From positions 22,283 through 86,282 of the forward strand of contig CAZKFZ010000004.1 of NCBI GenBank assembly GCA_964552475.1: 64,000 nucleotides of DNA, in the 5' to 3' direction. The DNA comes from an uncultured Candidatus Saccharibacteria bacterium. GTDB lineage: Bacteria > Patescibacteriota > Saccharimonadia > CAILAD01 > BJGX01. Every line of letters starts with the position of its first letter. The first letter of the stretch is position 1. The notes beneath the pieces are model-generated. The model was not told the origin of the DNA and ran no database searches. It worked only from the letters and a program-made list of their open reading frames with translations. The translations under genes and the position numbers were made by a program. Below are positions 28,525 to 37,077 of this stretch, one piece after another.

Positions 28525-29226
28525 CTATTTGCCAGGCATTGAGCCGTCTTTTGGCGGCTCTTTTGCTTTTTGTTGTTTAAGATATTCAGCCATCTTCTTG
28601 CGACCCTCTTCTGTTCGTCCAAGAGTAATCTCTTTCATACCGTTTGACCATAACTCAACTACACCCTCACGCATCAACTTATTTATTTCTTGTGTTGTTG
28701 GCTTTGCTTCAGGCGTTGTTTGAAGTATTAGAGCCTTAGTATCTGCTACCGCTTTTTTGTTTTTGTAATGCAGATGTACTAACTCGCCGATAAACTCGTC
28801 TTCTGGGATTGAAGGTATCGGTGGTTTCTCTAAGTATTTAACGAGGAACGACTTATAACCATACCTACTTCTAATAACTTTAGTGACCTGAGCTAGGTCG
28901 CCAGCTGCAACTACAAAGTCGTTCACTTCTATATCTGGTTTAGTCTTCTTGGTGTGTAGGGCCACAGGATAATCATTTTTTTTCACAAGGTCAGCACACA
29001 TCTTGAGAAAACCATTTGTGTTGTGTATCCGCATCAAGTCTTTGGTGGCGTTAACAACGTGCAGTGATAGTATGCCAACTCTGCCCAGATGCAAATCTAG
29101 GTCGTCTAGGCTCAGATTACGGCTACCCGCAGAACCTCCAGGATGAAGCGACTTGCTTTGACTGCCTAGCGATACATAGTGTGTTCTTAAGACAGCCTTT
29201 TGCTCTGGCTTCATTTTTGGAAACAC
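28525..29226 (-). CDS. Hypothetical protein
   Basis: 233-aa open frame in an AT-rich context where the opposite strand is full of stops. No motif recognised. Confidence 0.4.
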   Translation of the reverse strand: MFPKMKPEQKAVLRTHYVSLGSQSKSLHPGGSAGSRNLSLDDLDLHLGRVGILSLHVVNATKDLMRIHNTNGFLKMCADLVKKNDYPVALHTKKTKPDIEVNDFVVAAGDLAQVTKVIRSRYGYKSFLVKYLEKPPIPSIPEDEFIGELVHLHYKNKKAVADTKALILQTTPEAKPTTQEINKLMREGVVELWSNGMKEITLGRTEEGRKKMAEYLKQQKAKEPPKDGSMPGK

Positions 29227-29583
29227 CGCTTGAAACCTGAGGTTGAGAGGATTACTCTCAATGAATACGACGAATATGTTAAAGACCTAAAAGCTAGGCA
29301 AGAGCAATTGGATGAGCAACTCGTAAGCCTTACGCATAACGACAAAAGCTTTATGCTAACCAGCTCATACCTGTTAGAGATAGCCACAAAAGCCCCTAAG
29401 CTATTCCAAAGTTCTAAAGCGGCTCTAAAATCAAAGCTATTACGCTTTGTACTTTCTAACCTTGAATTACACGATAAAAAGCTCCATTTCAATCTAAAAA
29501 CACCCTTTGATGTAATCGCAGAGTGTTCTCAAAATGCTGATTGGCGGGCCCGACCGGATTTGAACCGGCGATCTCCTCCGTGA
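29200..29583 (+). pseudogene. C-terminal remnant of a large serine recombinase (DUF4368-like tail)
   Basis: The ORF encodes a coiled-coil-like segment (EYDEYVKDLKARQEQLDEQL) followed by KSKLLRFVLSNLELHDKKLHFNLKTPFDVI, resembling the conserved C-terminal tail of large serine recombinases. No N-terminal catalytic part exists upstream on this strand. The 3' end overlaps the tRNA-Asp 3' end. Confidence 0.3.
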
Positions 29584-29618
29584 CAGGGAGGCGTGTTAGG
29601 CCTCTACACCACGAGCCC
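29542..29618 (-). tRNA. tRNA-Asp (anticodon GUC)
   Basis: The reverse complement GGGCUCGUGGUGUAGAGGCCUAACACGCCUCCCUGUCACGGAGGAGAUCGCCGGUUCAAAUCCGGUCGGGCCCGCCA has anticodon loop CUGUCAC and T-loop GGUUCAAAUCC. Confidence 0.85.
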
Positions 29619-29708
29619 AGGGTTTTGGCTTAAAACTAACCTGATAATTTTACCAAATATTGTCCACATTTACAATAAAACACCCCGGGCAAATGCCTGA
29701 GGTGTAGA

Positions 29709-30308
29709 CTAGCACGACAAATCGTAAAAATGCCATGCCTCATTGAGGTGCGAAAAAACCTTATATTCAACAATTGAGTAGCCAAATTTTTCTATGAGAC
29801 ATTCAAATCTCGCCACGTTATCGCCATATATTGCGATATGTAGTACCCCACCAATAGATAAGTACTGGTGTGCTTGGCTCATTAGCTCAATATGAAGCGC
29901 AAGACCAGGGTCGTTGCAAGCAATATCGTTATAGCTAACTATCGGTTCATCAAAAGAAGGTAAGTAAGCCACAATTGCATCAAACTCACCCGTTACACTC
30001 ATAAATAAATTAGAGTAATAAACCTCTATCTCTACGCCTATATTGGTAGCATTAGCTATAGTGCTAATTAAAGCATTGGGCATAATGTCTACTGCTTCTA
30101 CATGCGTAGCTCCAGACGCGGCAGCAATAATGCCACGCACTCCACAACCACAGCCGATATCAAGCACTCTTTTACCCCTGTACATCTCAATATTGCGAGG
30201 TGTTACCAAAATAGTTTCACCAAAATCTGGCCTAGGCGCAAACACGCCAGGCAAGACAACCCAATCTACTCCACGATAACGTACTTTGCTTTCTACATTT
30301 AGTGGCAT
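29709..30308 (-). CDS. Class I SAM-dependent methyltransferase (small MTase domain)
   Basis: Motif I is VLDIGCGCGVRG. The start is placed at the internal Met (MPLNVESK...) to avoid a 64-nt overlap with the upstream dioxygenase. Substrate unknown. Confidence 0.55.
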   Translation of the reverse strand: MPLNVESKVRYRGVDWVVLPGVFAPRPDFGETILVTPRNIEMYRGKRVLDIGCGCGVRGIIAAASGATHVEAVDIMPNALISTIANATNIGVEIEVYYSNLFMSVTGEFDAIVAYLPSFDEPIVSYNDIACNDPGLALHIELMSQAHQYLSIGGVLHIAIYGDNVARFECLIEKFGYSIVEYKVFSHLNEAWHFYDLSC

Positions 30309-30310
30309 AT

Positions 30311-30988
30311 CTACACCCCTTTCAGGCCAGGTTTGGTAGCTAAGCGATATGTTAGCGACACTCGTGGCCCGCAAATTGGCGGAGGTACTGAGTGTGTAGG
30401 GCGCAAATCTTCATCTGTTGGGTACAAACCTGGCGCACGCATAATTAGCTCACTACCAGGACCAGTTTGCAATACTCTATTGGGCACAGTGTCATCACGA
30501 GTTGAATACATTTTTAGTTCACCCGTGCCAGCAATGGTATATGACACAATTAGGTGAATATCGCTACTGTAATCGCGATGACGTCCAATACCATCATAAC
30601 GATCGCTATAGCGTTGCACAGCAACATCGTTAGGTTGCCAGGTTTGCAAGCACTTATAGCGACCAGCACTAGCTCTTACCATCTGGCCTAGCGTATCGCC
30701 CAATTCTCGCATAAGTGGGTAGTTTTGCCGTGTAGACTCGTCAAAATAGACCGGCGCAAATACCTCGAATCGCTGGTATACACCTTGTTCTATGTCGAAA
30801 AAGCGACAAAATTCACCTTTTAGTACCTCACTTGCCAAAGCTTTGGTGAAATCTCGGCTCAGTGCCTGGGTAGTAAAGGCATAGCCACTTCTGCCTGCAT
30901 CCGAAATTCGCCCGGCATAATCTGGTGGTGTAGCAAATATCTCCATTACACTCCCCTTTCGAGTTTGTTTAGCAAGACATACCAACAA
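30311..30988 (-). CDS. 2OG-Fe(II) dioxygenase, AlkB-like
   Basis: 225 aa with the HRD (HxD) ... H ... RVSLTYR arrangement. The last element closely resembles the AlkB RxNLTFR 2-oxoglutarate-binding motif. Confidence 0.55.
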   Translation of the reverse strand: MLVCLAKQTRKGSVMEIFATPPDYAGRISDAGRSGYAFTTQALSRDFTKALASEVLKGEFCRFFDIEQGVYQRFEVFAPVYFDESTRQNYPLMRELGDTLGQMVRASAGRYKCLQTWQPNDVAVQRYSDRYDGIGRHRDYSSDIHLIVSYTIAGTGELKMYSTRDDTVPNRVLQTGPGSELIMRAPGLYPTDEDLRPTHSVPPPICGPRVSLTYRLATKPGLKGV

Positions 30989-31272
30989 CTTATGTGAATA
31001 AGGTAACAGCGATGCCCTAAGCGGTCCAGCACTACCTCTACCGTATCTGTTAAGGCAAAATCCACTCCGCAGCCATTACAAGCACTTCCTACAGCCTTAG
31101 GGTAGCATTCTAGCTCAAATACACCTTCGCTCTCGAGTACTTTTAACATCTTAGTCTCCTTTGTGAGTAGCGATATAGTAATTGGGCCTGCTGTAGCCAT
31201 GACTAACCATATACCAACACAACGCAATAGACGCCGGCCCAAAAACAACCTCAGGCTCGATATCGTTAGCAT
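30946..31272 (-). CDS. Small Cys-containing hypothetical protein (possible NifU-like fragment)
   Basis: 108 aa. The segment VFELECYPKAVGSACNGCG resembles NifU/Nfu CxxC regions. The frame overlaps the next small ORF, so a frameshifted single gene is possible. Confidence 0.25.
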   Translation of the reverse strand: MLTISSLRLFLGRRLLRCVGIWLVMATAGPITISLLTKETKMLKVLESEGVFELECYPKAVGSACNGCGVDFALTDTVEVVLDRLGHRCYLIHISCWYVLLNKLERGV

Positions 31273-31333
31273 CCCATGCCTCTAGAGCTTCTATAGAGTT
31301 TCTGCATATAACATACAGATTGGTCTTACACAT
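31151..31333 (-). CDS. Small hypothetical protein
   Basis: 60-aa ORF overlapping 30946..31272 in another frame. Weak call. Confidence 0.2.
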   Translation of the reverse strand: MCKTNLYVICRNSIEALEAWDANDIEPEVVFGPASIALCWYMVSHGYSRPNYYIATHKGD

Positions 31334-31383
31334 TTTTGGCTCCTAAAGTTGATTGTTAAGGTTCTCTCGGTAGCTTTAATACT

Positions 31384-31411
31384 AAAAAACTGCCCGAGAA
31401 GGCAGTTTTTT
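31384..31411. terminator. Bidirectional rho-independent terminator
   Basis: AAAAAA-CUGCC-CGAGAA-GGCAG-UUUUUU: a perfect 5-bp GC-rich stem flanked by an A-run and a U-run. Confidence 0.55.
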
Positions 31412-31635
31412 AGTTAATATTAGTAATAATTACAGATACAAGCTTAAAAACTCCCTTCTAAAGCAGTGTTTCTAGCAAAATATTGAAATGATGACCAAGT
31501 GGTGTGTTTTTTATTCAGTAACATTATTTCTCTCTCTTATGTCTATAAGCATAACAAAATCAAAAATTATTGTCAAAAATGGTGCTCTACAGGTTGGTGT
31601 ATCTGTTAAACTATATAAAAAAGTGTTAAAAACTA

Positions 31636-31664
31636 TTGACTTTTATGTAATAGTTTGCTATAAT
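31636..31664 (+). promoter_or_regulatory. Consensus sigma70-type promoter
   Basis: TTGACT, 17 nt, TATAAT: a perfect -35/-10 pair with optimal spacing. No protein-coding gene follows. Confidence 0.6.
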
Positions 31665-31670
31665 ACCCCT

Positions 31671-32119
31671 AATGCTTAGTCAGTAGGCAGAGAACCTCAC
31701 AGATCAAAAAACCACAAAAAGAAACTGAGAGGAGGTGCACGTGTTCGTCATTCAGAACCGTGCTACCGAGTATATAGATAGTTTCTAGGAGCAGTTGGAG
31801 CCTCTACTAGAGCCGTTAATCTATATCTTATAGATAATGGCTCAAAAACGCTTTTACCACCCGGCATATCCGCCAGACTTTTACATATTGAGTTACCAAA
31901 CTCATTCATGGGTAGACCCATGAGTATTTGTGAAAGTAAAGGAGTTAGCGACAAAAAATTGACGCTAAGGTATCAGCGCCGTAGAGTACTCTCATCTGTT
32001 CCGTCCTTAAGGACAACTAACAATGTTAGTTTGTCCGCTTTACGACCCATCTAGCCTTGCGAGCAATGCTCCTTGGCAGACGGGTCGATAGACCCCACCT
32101 TTATTAGGTGGGGTTTTTT
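31671..32119 (+). ncRNA. Candidate ncRNA or small-peptide transcript of about 450 nt (unclassified)
   Basis: Delimited by the consensus promoter at 31636..31664 and a strong intrinsic terminator at 32093..32119. The longest plus-strand ORFs inside are 15, 27 and about 44 codons. Several stable hairpins are present. It is not tmRNA (no tRNA-like 3' end), and RNase P RNA has already been found elsewhere. Confidence 0.35.
32093..32119 (+). terminator. Rho-independent terminator
   Basis: CCCCACC-UUUAUUA-GGUGGGG followed by UUUUUU. Confidence 0.7.
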
Positions 32120-32146
32120 CTATTCTAAGTTGTGTTTTTAATATAG

Positions 32147-32560
32147 TTATTTAGAATCTATAGAATAAGTCATGCCACATACAGCGCCAAGATCTATATC
32201 GCTGCTTATTGCTTGATTATAAAGATCTTCTAATACAACCAATATTATATTGGTATTAGCACCAGCACTTTCTAGATAAAACCGCTCGCCAGACACATTA
32301 TCGAACAACTCTATGGCTTGCAAGGGCCATTGTTTGGCTACAGAATAGGCATGGCGTAGCTCAGCCTCAGTAATTAGCCAAGCAGTTTTTTGGTGACTTT
32401 TAAGGCTCTCAAAAGTCTCGGCTACGTTGCCGGTAATATGATAATTATTGCTTTGCAAAGCACTTTTGAGGTTATCTATATTACTGTCTTTTTCATAAAT
32501 AATAAGACCAACCTCGCGACTTTGGGCTTGAGCTGTTAAAAAAGTGTGTAAATCTTGCAT
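32147..32560 (-). CDS. Hypothetical protein, third gene of the AAA_5/vWA module
   Basis: 137 aa, co-oriented with and 24 nt downstream of the vWA gene. No motif recognised. Confidence 0.4.
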   Translation of the reverse strand: MQDLHTFLTAQAQSREVGLIIYEKDSNIDNLKSALQSNNYHITGNVAETFESLKSHQKTAWLITEAELRHAYSVAKQWPLQAIELFDNVSGERFYLESAGANTNIILVVLEDLYNQAISSDIDLGAVCGMTYSIDSK

Positions 32561-32584
32561 ATTAGTTATATCTTAACATAATAC

Positions 32585-34639
32585 TTAAGCTTGCTCTATA
32601 ACGCGCCTTAGTACCTCTACTAGTGCGGCTGGCAACTCAGCTACATCTTGTATTACTGAATAGTCTGGGTAGTAATCGGCTACAGAATCTGATTGTATAC
32701 CGATACTAGCTAGTTTTTGGTTGGTATTATGAATTATGTTGTCTACCACCCTATGCAAATCATATTCGGGCCCATTGTGCCTGTAGCTTTCGGCTGGCTG
32801 TCCATCAGATAAAATAACTACAATTTTCTCGGTACCAGGTTGCTGAGACAAACGTTCAGAGGTTTCTGTAAGCGCCCAACCATCGTCATTGTACCCAGAT
32901 AAATCATAATCGCTTGCTTCTTCTATCATACCAGGAATAATTTCGCGACTTGGTTTACCAAACTGCTCATCAAACCCCTTGTATTTATGCAAAACTGAAT
33001 TAAAACCATATATTTCAAAACGAATATTAAGCTTACTTAGCACCTCAGAAAACACTATAGCGCTCTTTAGGGCCTCTTCTACTCTATCGCCTGCCATAGA
33101 GCCAGATAAATCTACTAGTAGACTTATAGTATAGTCTTTTTGGGTGGGTAACTCTCGCCTCTCCCAGGCTTTGCTTTGTACAGCCGAAACACCCTTAGCT
33201 TTTTCGGATATCCGCTTGCCAATATTAATACGTTTACCCGTACGATAGCCACTTTTGTAGCCATGCGAAGATCTGGCAATAAATAAGTTATTAAGATCGT
33301 TATACAAGCTATCTATGAGTGGCTTGAGCTCTTTGTAGAGTTCATTATAGTAATCTAGTTGCTCGTCTTGCTCGGTTTTTTCGCTAGGCTGATCTTCTTG
33401 GTCACCCTCTTGTGAGGGCTTAACGGGCTCTATATCGGCATCGGCATCGAGAGGTTCGCCCGAGTCACTATCTGAGGCTTCGCTAATACTAAGCTTGGCT
33501 TCTAGTTGGTCGGTAATCTCTTTATCTAAATCGGCTAGGGCCTCGGCAGCCTCTTCGTGTAGCTGTTGTTTAACATCTTCTGGCAAACTAGCAATAAATT
33601 CTTGTAAGGCCTTGAGTTGCTCTGCGGATAGGTCTGAAAGTTTAATGGGTTGGTAGTAGCCTTGCTCTTTGGCAATTTCGGCGGCCTGCTGAAGCATCTC
33701 TTGCAAGTCACTTGGTAATTCGTTAAAGCCTTCGGGGGTATTTCCGTCTACCAAATCTTTTATCATTTTGTGTAGTTGTTTGGCGGCGGCGGCATTGGCT
33801 ATATCGATATCGACAAGTTTTTTAAATTCTGGCCAAATTTGGTCGGTTAATATTGCCCCACTAGCTTTGGCGTATTTATCTACCAAGGCGCTCGATCTGT
33901 CGGCCTCTTCTTTGGTAGGGTATGTCCACCACATATCTTGTAAGTATGGAGCTACTCTTGCAACATAATCTTTTATTTCTTGAGGTAGTTCTGGGTTTAC
34001 CTGTATGGGTTGGCGTTGTCTATCTTGATACCAAAGACTCATATTCTCATAACTAGCTAATACATGGAGTGGTTCAAATCCCAGTTCAGACTGAGCTCTT
34101 TGTATGGCACTATGGTGCTTTTCTAGATAGTCTTTATAATAAATATCCATCCCTTCATCTAATAATCTATAATTGTCAGATAAAAAATTATTTACCCTAG
34201 GATCTTCTAAAACGCTATATAGCACATTTCCACCTGGCAGGTGACGCATTTCTTGCACCGACTCAATGATACGGGTTATTCGCCTATGACTGGCCTCGTG
34301 GCCAATGCTCCAGCGATTTTCTTGAGCAGGGCGCTCTAGTAGATCTTGTAAACCCACAGCTACGTAGTTTTCATTCATACTCCAATACCATTCACGGCCC
34401 GGCGCGAGTATTACTGGCATATCGAAGTCTTTACCTATAAAGCTACTTATCACACTTAAGCTTCGCAAGCGTTCTTGCACCACCCGACGTTGAGACAAGG
34501 GCAAGCTAGCTAGCATAGCCTCAGAACGTTCTTTGTCAGCCTGGTAGGTTAGCTCAGGGTCTGGGGCGTGACCATCACGCAGTACTCCACTGGCAGGTGG
34601 TTCGGCCTTGGCAGCGTATGTCTTTTCTATCTCACCCAA
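32585..34639 (-). CDS. vWA (MIDAS) domain protein with an N-terminal HExxH putative metallopeptidase-like domain (DUF2201-like architecture)
   Basis: 684 aa. N-terminal SIGHEASHRRI (HExxH). The central region is an acidic coiled-coil/low-complexity linker (DSDSGEPLDADADIEPVKPSQEGDQEDQPSEKTEQDEQ). The C-terminal vWA domain has ISLLVDLSGSM (MIDAS DxSxS) and VVILSDGQP. Confidence 0.6.
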   Translation of the reverse strand: MGEIEKTYAAKAEPPASGVLRDGHAPDPELTYQADKERSEAMLASLPLSQRRVVQERLRSLSVISSFIGKDFDMPVILAPGREWYWSMNENYVAVGLQDLLERPAQENRWSIGHEASHRRITRIIESVQEMRHLPGGNVLYSVLEDPRVNNFLSDNYRLLDEGMDIYYKDYLEKHHSAIQRAQSELGFEPLHVLASYENMSLWYQDRQRQPIQVNPELPQEIKDYVARVAPYLQDMWWTYPTKEEADRSSALVDKYAKASGAILTDQIWPEFKKLVDIDIANAAAAKQLHKMIKDLVDGNTPEGFNELPSDLQEMLQQAAEIAKEQGYYQPIKLSDLSAEQLKALQEFIASLPEDVKQQLHEEAAEALADLDKEITDQLEAKLSISEASDSDSGEPLDADADIEPVKPSQEGDQEDQPSEKTEQDEQLDYYNELYKELKPLIDSLYNDLNNLFIARSSHGYKSGYRTGKRINIGKRISEKAKGVSAVQSKAWERRELPTQKDYTISLLVDLSGSMAGDRVEEALKSAIVFSEVLSKLNIRFEIYGFNSVLHKYKGFDEQFGKPSREIIPGMIEEASDYDLSGYNDDGWALTETSERLSQQPGTEKIVVILSDGQPAESYRHNGPEYDLHRVVDNIIHNTNQKLASIGIQSDSVADYYPDYSVIQDVAELPAALVEVLRRVIEQA

Positions 34640-34669
34640 AACAACAAATACCTATTATTATTTAACACC

Positions 34670-37039
34670 TCACAACTCGGCTCCCCAAGAGTGATTACGC
34701 TTGGGTTCACTATTTTGTTGGCTACTAGTGGGTCCCCAGCCTGGTGAGTGAGTGGGTGGCGGTGGTGGGTTTGGAGTAGGTGGCCGTGAAGCTGTGGGTG
34801 GAGACGATATTGGCGAGCCGGCCGGCGCAAAAGCCGAACCAGCCATTGGGGTACCGATAGGCGATGACCCGGTTGGTACTCCACTAGCAGGTGTAGAAGT
34901 AGTACCCAAACTTTCTACAGCATTTAGGGCTTGCAATACCCAGTTGTTACCTATAGACATAGCATAGTAGTCAGGCTTATCAGCGTAGTGGTCTTCGCGC
35001 GCTTGCCAGGCTCTGGGTGAAAAACAACCACTCATGCTCTTGGCAAGCGTAGCTTCAGAAACACGTCCCTCAAGTATTTCTCTAATACCCCAAGCCCAAT
35101 CGGTATCTAGGCCGGCTAAAGATATGGCAAGTGCCTCTTCATTTCTATTAGTTATAAACTCATTTCTTATATCGCTTGCAGTACTTGAGTCGTCACCAGA
35201 AATCGCCCAAGCTATGGCTGTTAGCTTCTCGCTTTCTGTAAGACCAAATAAGTTGACATCTAATTCTAGTAGTTCTAACTTTACCGCAGTGGTATTGGGG
35301 TATTTAATATAGCGCATGCCGAGTGCAAAAGCACTGGGTTTTTTACCAGCTTCTTTTAAAACCACCATTAACTCAGAAAGTCCTGGTGTTTGGCTTAGAC
35401 CGGCAAGAGAAGTGATGATAGCATTTATATCTTGTTCGTCAAAAGAGTCTATATCTGATTTTATCACTTCTATAAATTGCTCTTCACCACCATAATGCGA
35501 TACCACATCGTGACCAACCATACCATTAAAACCTGCGGAGTGTCTACTAGCCATTAATAGTCCATTAAGATCTGATTCAACGTCAGCGCCCATAACTCCT
35601 GCCAAAGACTTACCATAGGCTTTGGTGTTGCCGGACTTGTTCTTTGTATCTATTCGAATGGTAAAGGCTGTTTCCGAAGGATTGCCAGCAAGGGCGGTAA
35701 GTATAACCGGATCTTTGGCTGGCCCAGCTGGCCCAATGAATACCTGCAACTCTTGTAGGCGTTTGGCAATATATTCGGGGTCTCTTAGAGTTTCGGGGTC
35801 GCTTGGTAACTCTGCTGTGCTACTGCTACCACTTACTCCGCGCCTACGTGAGTCGCCAGTGTCTTCTACCTTGATAGTGTGTATTTTATCTATCATTTCT
35901 TGGCGTTCAGTTGGGTCGGCAAGTTTATTGGCATAGTAATACTCGAGTGCTCTGTGGACGGTTGCGTTAAGATCACCATTATAAAAATTACAAATAAACT
36001 CAGCTACTCTGTTTATTTCTTCGCGGTCGTCATAGCTTATTTTTTGAGGTTGGTCGCGTCCTATCTCACCTGCTTTGGCTTGGCTTTTTACCATAAAGTG
36101 AAAAATACGAATTTGCTCAGCCATATCGGCCATGCCAGGAATAGCACCCAGTTCTTCGCGAGTAAGAGTGCGTTCTCCGCTGTGTAGATATTTACTCTCA
36201 TTTGGTTTAGCAACTTCGGTGCCTTTTTTCAGTCCAAACGTAGCATCTACATAGCCCTCCACCGACTCTTCTGGTAACTCCTCTGGTAATTTAATATAGA
36301 CCCATCTTCTAAACTGGGCGGGGTCTAGAGGGTGACGCTCTGAATACTCGCTACCGTTACGACTAGGAGCGTTACCAAGAGCAACAATGCTAAGATTCTC
36401 ACGCACTACCTTGAGCCGTTTAGAAGCATCTTCGGTTACACTAACCATTCCAGAGTCTTCATAAGCATCTATGACTTCGTGCAGACGTATAAGAATATCG
36501 GGGGTGGCAGCATTGAACTCGTCCACCATTAAGATTACTTTATGGCCTTTTATTGCCTCTTCTATAGCTGCCGTAACCGGGCCATTGGCAAAAACATACT
36601 CAGGGTCTTCGGTAGAGTGACGGTCTGGGTTGGGCGCGTACTGACCCATAAGAGACGATGTATCGTCACTACCCTTCATGTTGATATAGTGAACAGACCA
36701 ACCCAGCTCGTGAGCCATTTTACGCACAGCCGAGCTCTTACCTACCGAAGTGCCAGCTTCTACAAACACAGGCTGATGCAAAGCAAAAGCTGTTGCTAGG
36801 TCGCGTTGCAATTCTTGACTAAACTCATCTTCTACATAGCCTTCTTTCTTAAGCGGGACTTGCTCTTCTTCACCAGTACCTTTAGGTAGGCGCACGCCCA
36901 AATATTCAACATATTGGGGCTCAGCAACAGCTGCCAATTCCACAAGATGTGGCATATCTACAGACGATGGCTCACTACCTACTGGCGTAGGCTCATTTGC
37001 TACATCTGACCCACTATCACCGAGTGCTGGTTCTGGCAC
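34670..37039 (-). CDS. AAA_5 (MoxR/CbbQ/NorQ-like) ATPase with a long C-terminal extension and Pro-rich tail
   Basis: 789 aa. Walker A is AGTSVGKSSAV and Walker B is ILMVDEFN within an AAA_5-like core (residues about 90-290). About 450 aa of helical repeats follow. The C-terminal 80 aa are a Pro/Ser/Thr/Gly-rich low-complexity region ending PPTPNPPPPPTHSPGW. Confidence 0.6.
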   Translation of the reverse strand: MPEPALGDSGSDVANEPTPVGSEPSSVDMPHLVELAAVAEPQYVEYLGVRLPKGTGEEEQVPLKKEGYVEDEFSQELQRDLATAFALHQPVFVEAGTSVGKSSAVRKMAHELGWSVHYINMKGSDDTSSLMGQYAPNPDRHSTEDPEYVFANGPVTAAIEEAIKGHKVILMVDEFNAATPDILIRLHEVIDAYEDSGMVSVTEDASKRLKVVRENLSIVALGNAPSRNGSEYSERHPLDPAQFRRWVYIKLPEELPEESVEGYVDATFGLKKGTEVAKPNESKYLHSGERTLTREELGAIPGMADMAEQIRIFHFMVKSQAKAGEIGRDQPQKISYDDREEINRVAEFICNFYNGDLNATVHRALEYYYANKLADPTERQEMIDKIHTIKVEDTGDSRRRGVSGSSSTAELPSDPETLRDPEYIAKRLQELQVFIGPAGPAKDPVILTALAGNPSETAFTIRIDTKNKSGNTKAYGKSLAGVMGADVESDLNGLLMASRHSAGFNGMVGHDVVSHYGGEEQFIEVIKSDIDSFDEQDINAIITSLAGLSQTPGLSELMVVLKEAGKKPSAFALGMRYIKYPNTTAVKLELLELDVNLFGLTESEKLTAIAWAISGDDSSTASDIRNEFITNRNEEALAISLAGLDTDWAWGIREILEGRVSEATLAKSMSGCFSPRAWQAREDHYADKPDYYAMSIGNNWVLQALNAVESLGTTSTPASGVPTGSSPIGTPMAGSAFAPAGSPISSPPTASRPPTPNPPPPPTHSPGWGPTSSQQNSEPKRNHSWGAEL

Positions 37040-37077
37040 TATACCCTCCTTTTGTTTTTTTAAATCTTAATACTTAA

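Noticed and set aside
28525-29200. A full-length plus-strand serine recombinase upstream of the C-terminal fragment
   Set aside because: All three plus-strand frames are riddled with stop codons here, while the minus-strand frame is open for 233 codons. Only the C-terminal fragment is recombinase-like.
31488-31679. 63-aa plus-strand ORF
   Set aside because: It is low-complexity and hydrophobic, and it overlaps the consensus -35/-10 promoter, which more plausibly drives the downstream non-coding unit.
31671-32119. The orphan transcript might be tmRNA (ssrA)
   Set aside because: There is no tRNA-like 3' end (no GGUUCGA...CCACCA T-arm/acceptor) on either strand and no GGGG...UUCGAC 5' motif.
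34627-34884. 85-aa ORF overlapping the end of the AAA_5 gene and the start of the vWA gene
   Set aside because: It is an alternative frame within the Pro-rich tail region of the AAA_5 gene, and its His/Pro/Gln-rich product is a frame artefact.
29542-37039. Calling the tRNA-Asp to AAA_5 stretch a horizontally acquired island on GC content alone
   Set aside because: Spot GC counts are about 52% in the AAA_5/vWA genes but also about 52% in the conserved pilB gene, versus about 32% in some housekeeping genes. GC varies gene-to-gene in this window, so composition is not a reliable island indicator. Island status rests on gene content and the tRNA/recombinase remnant only.
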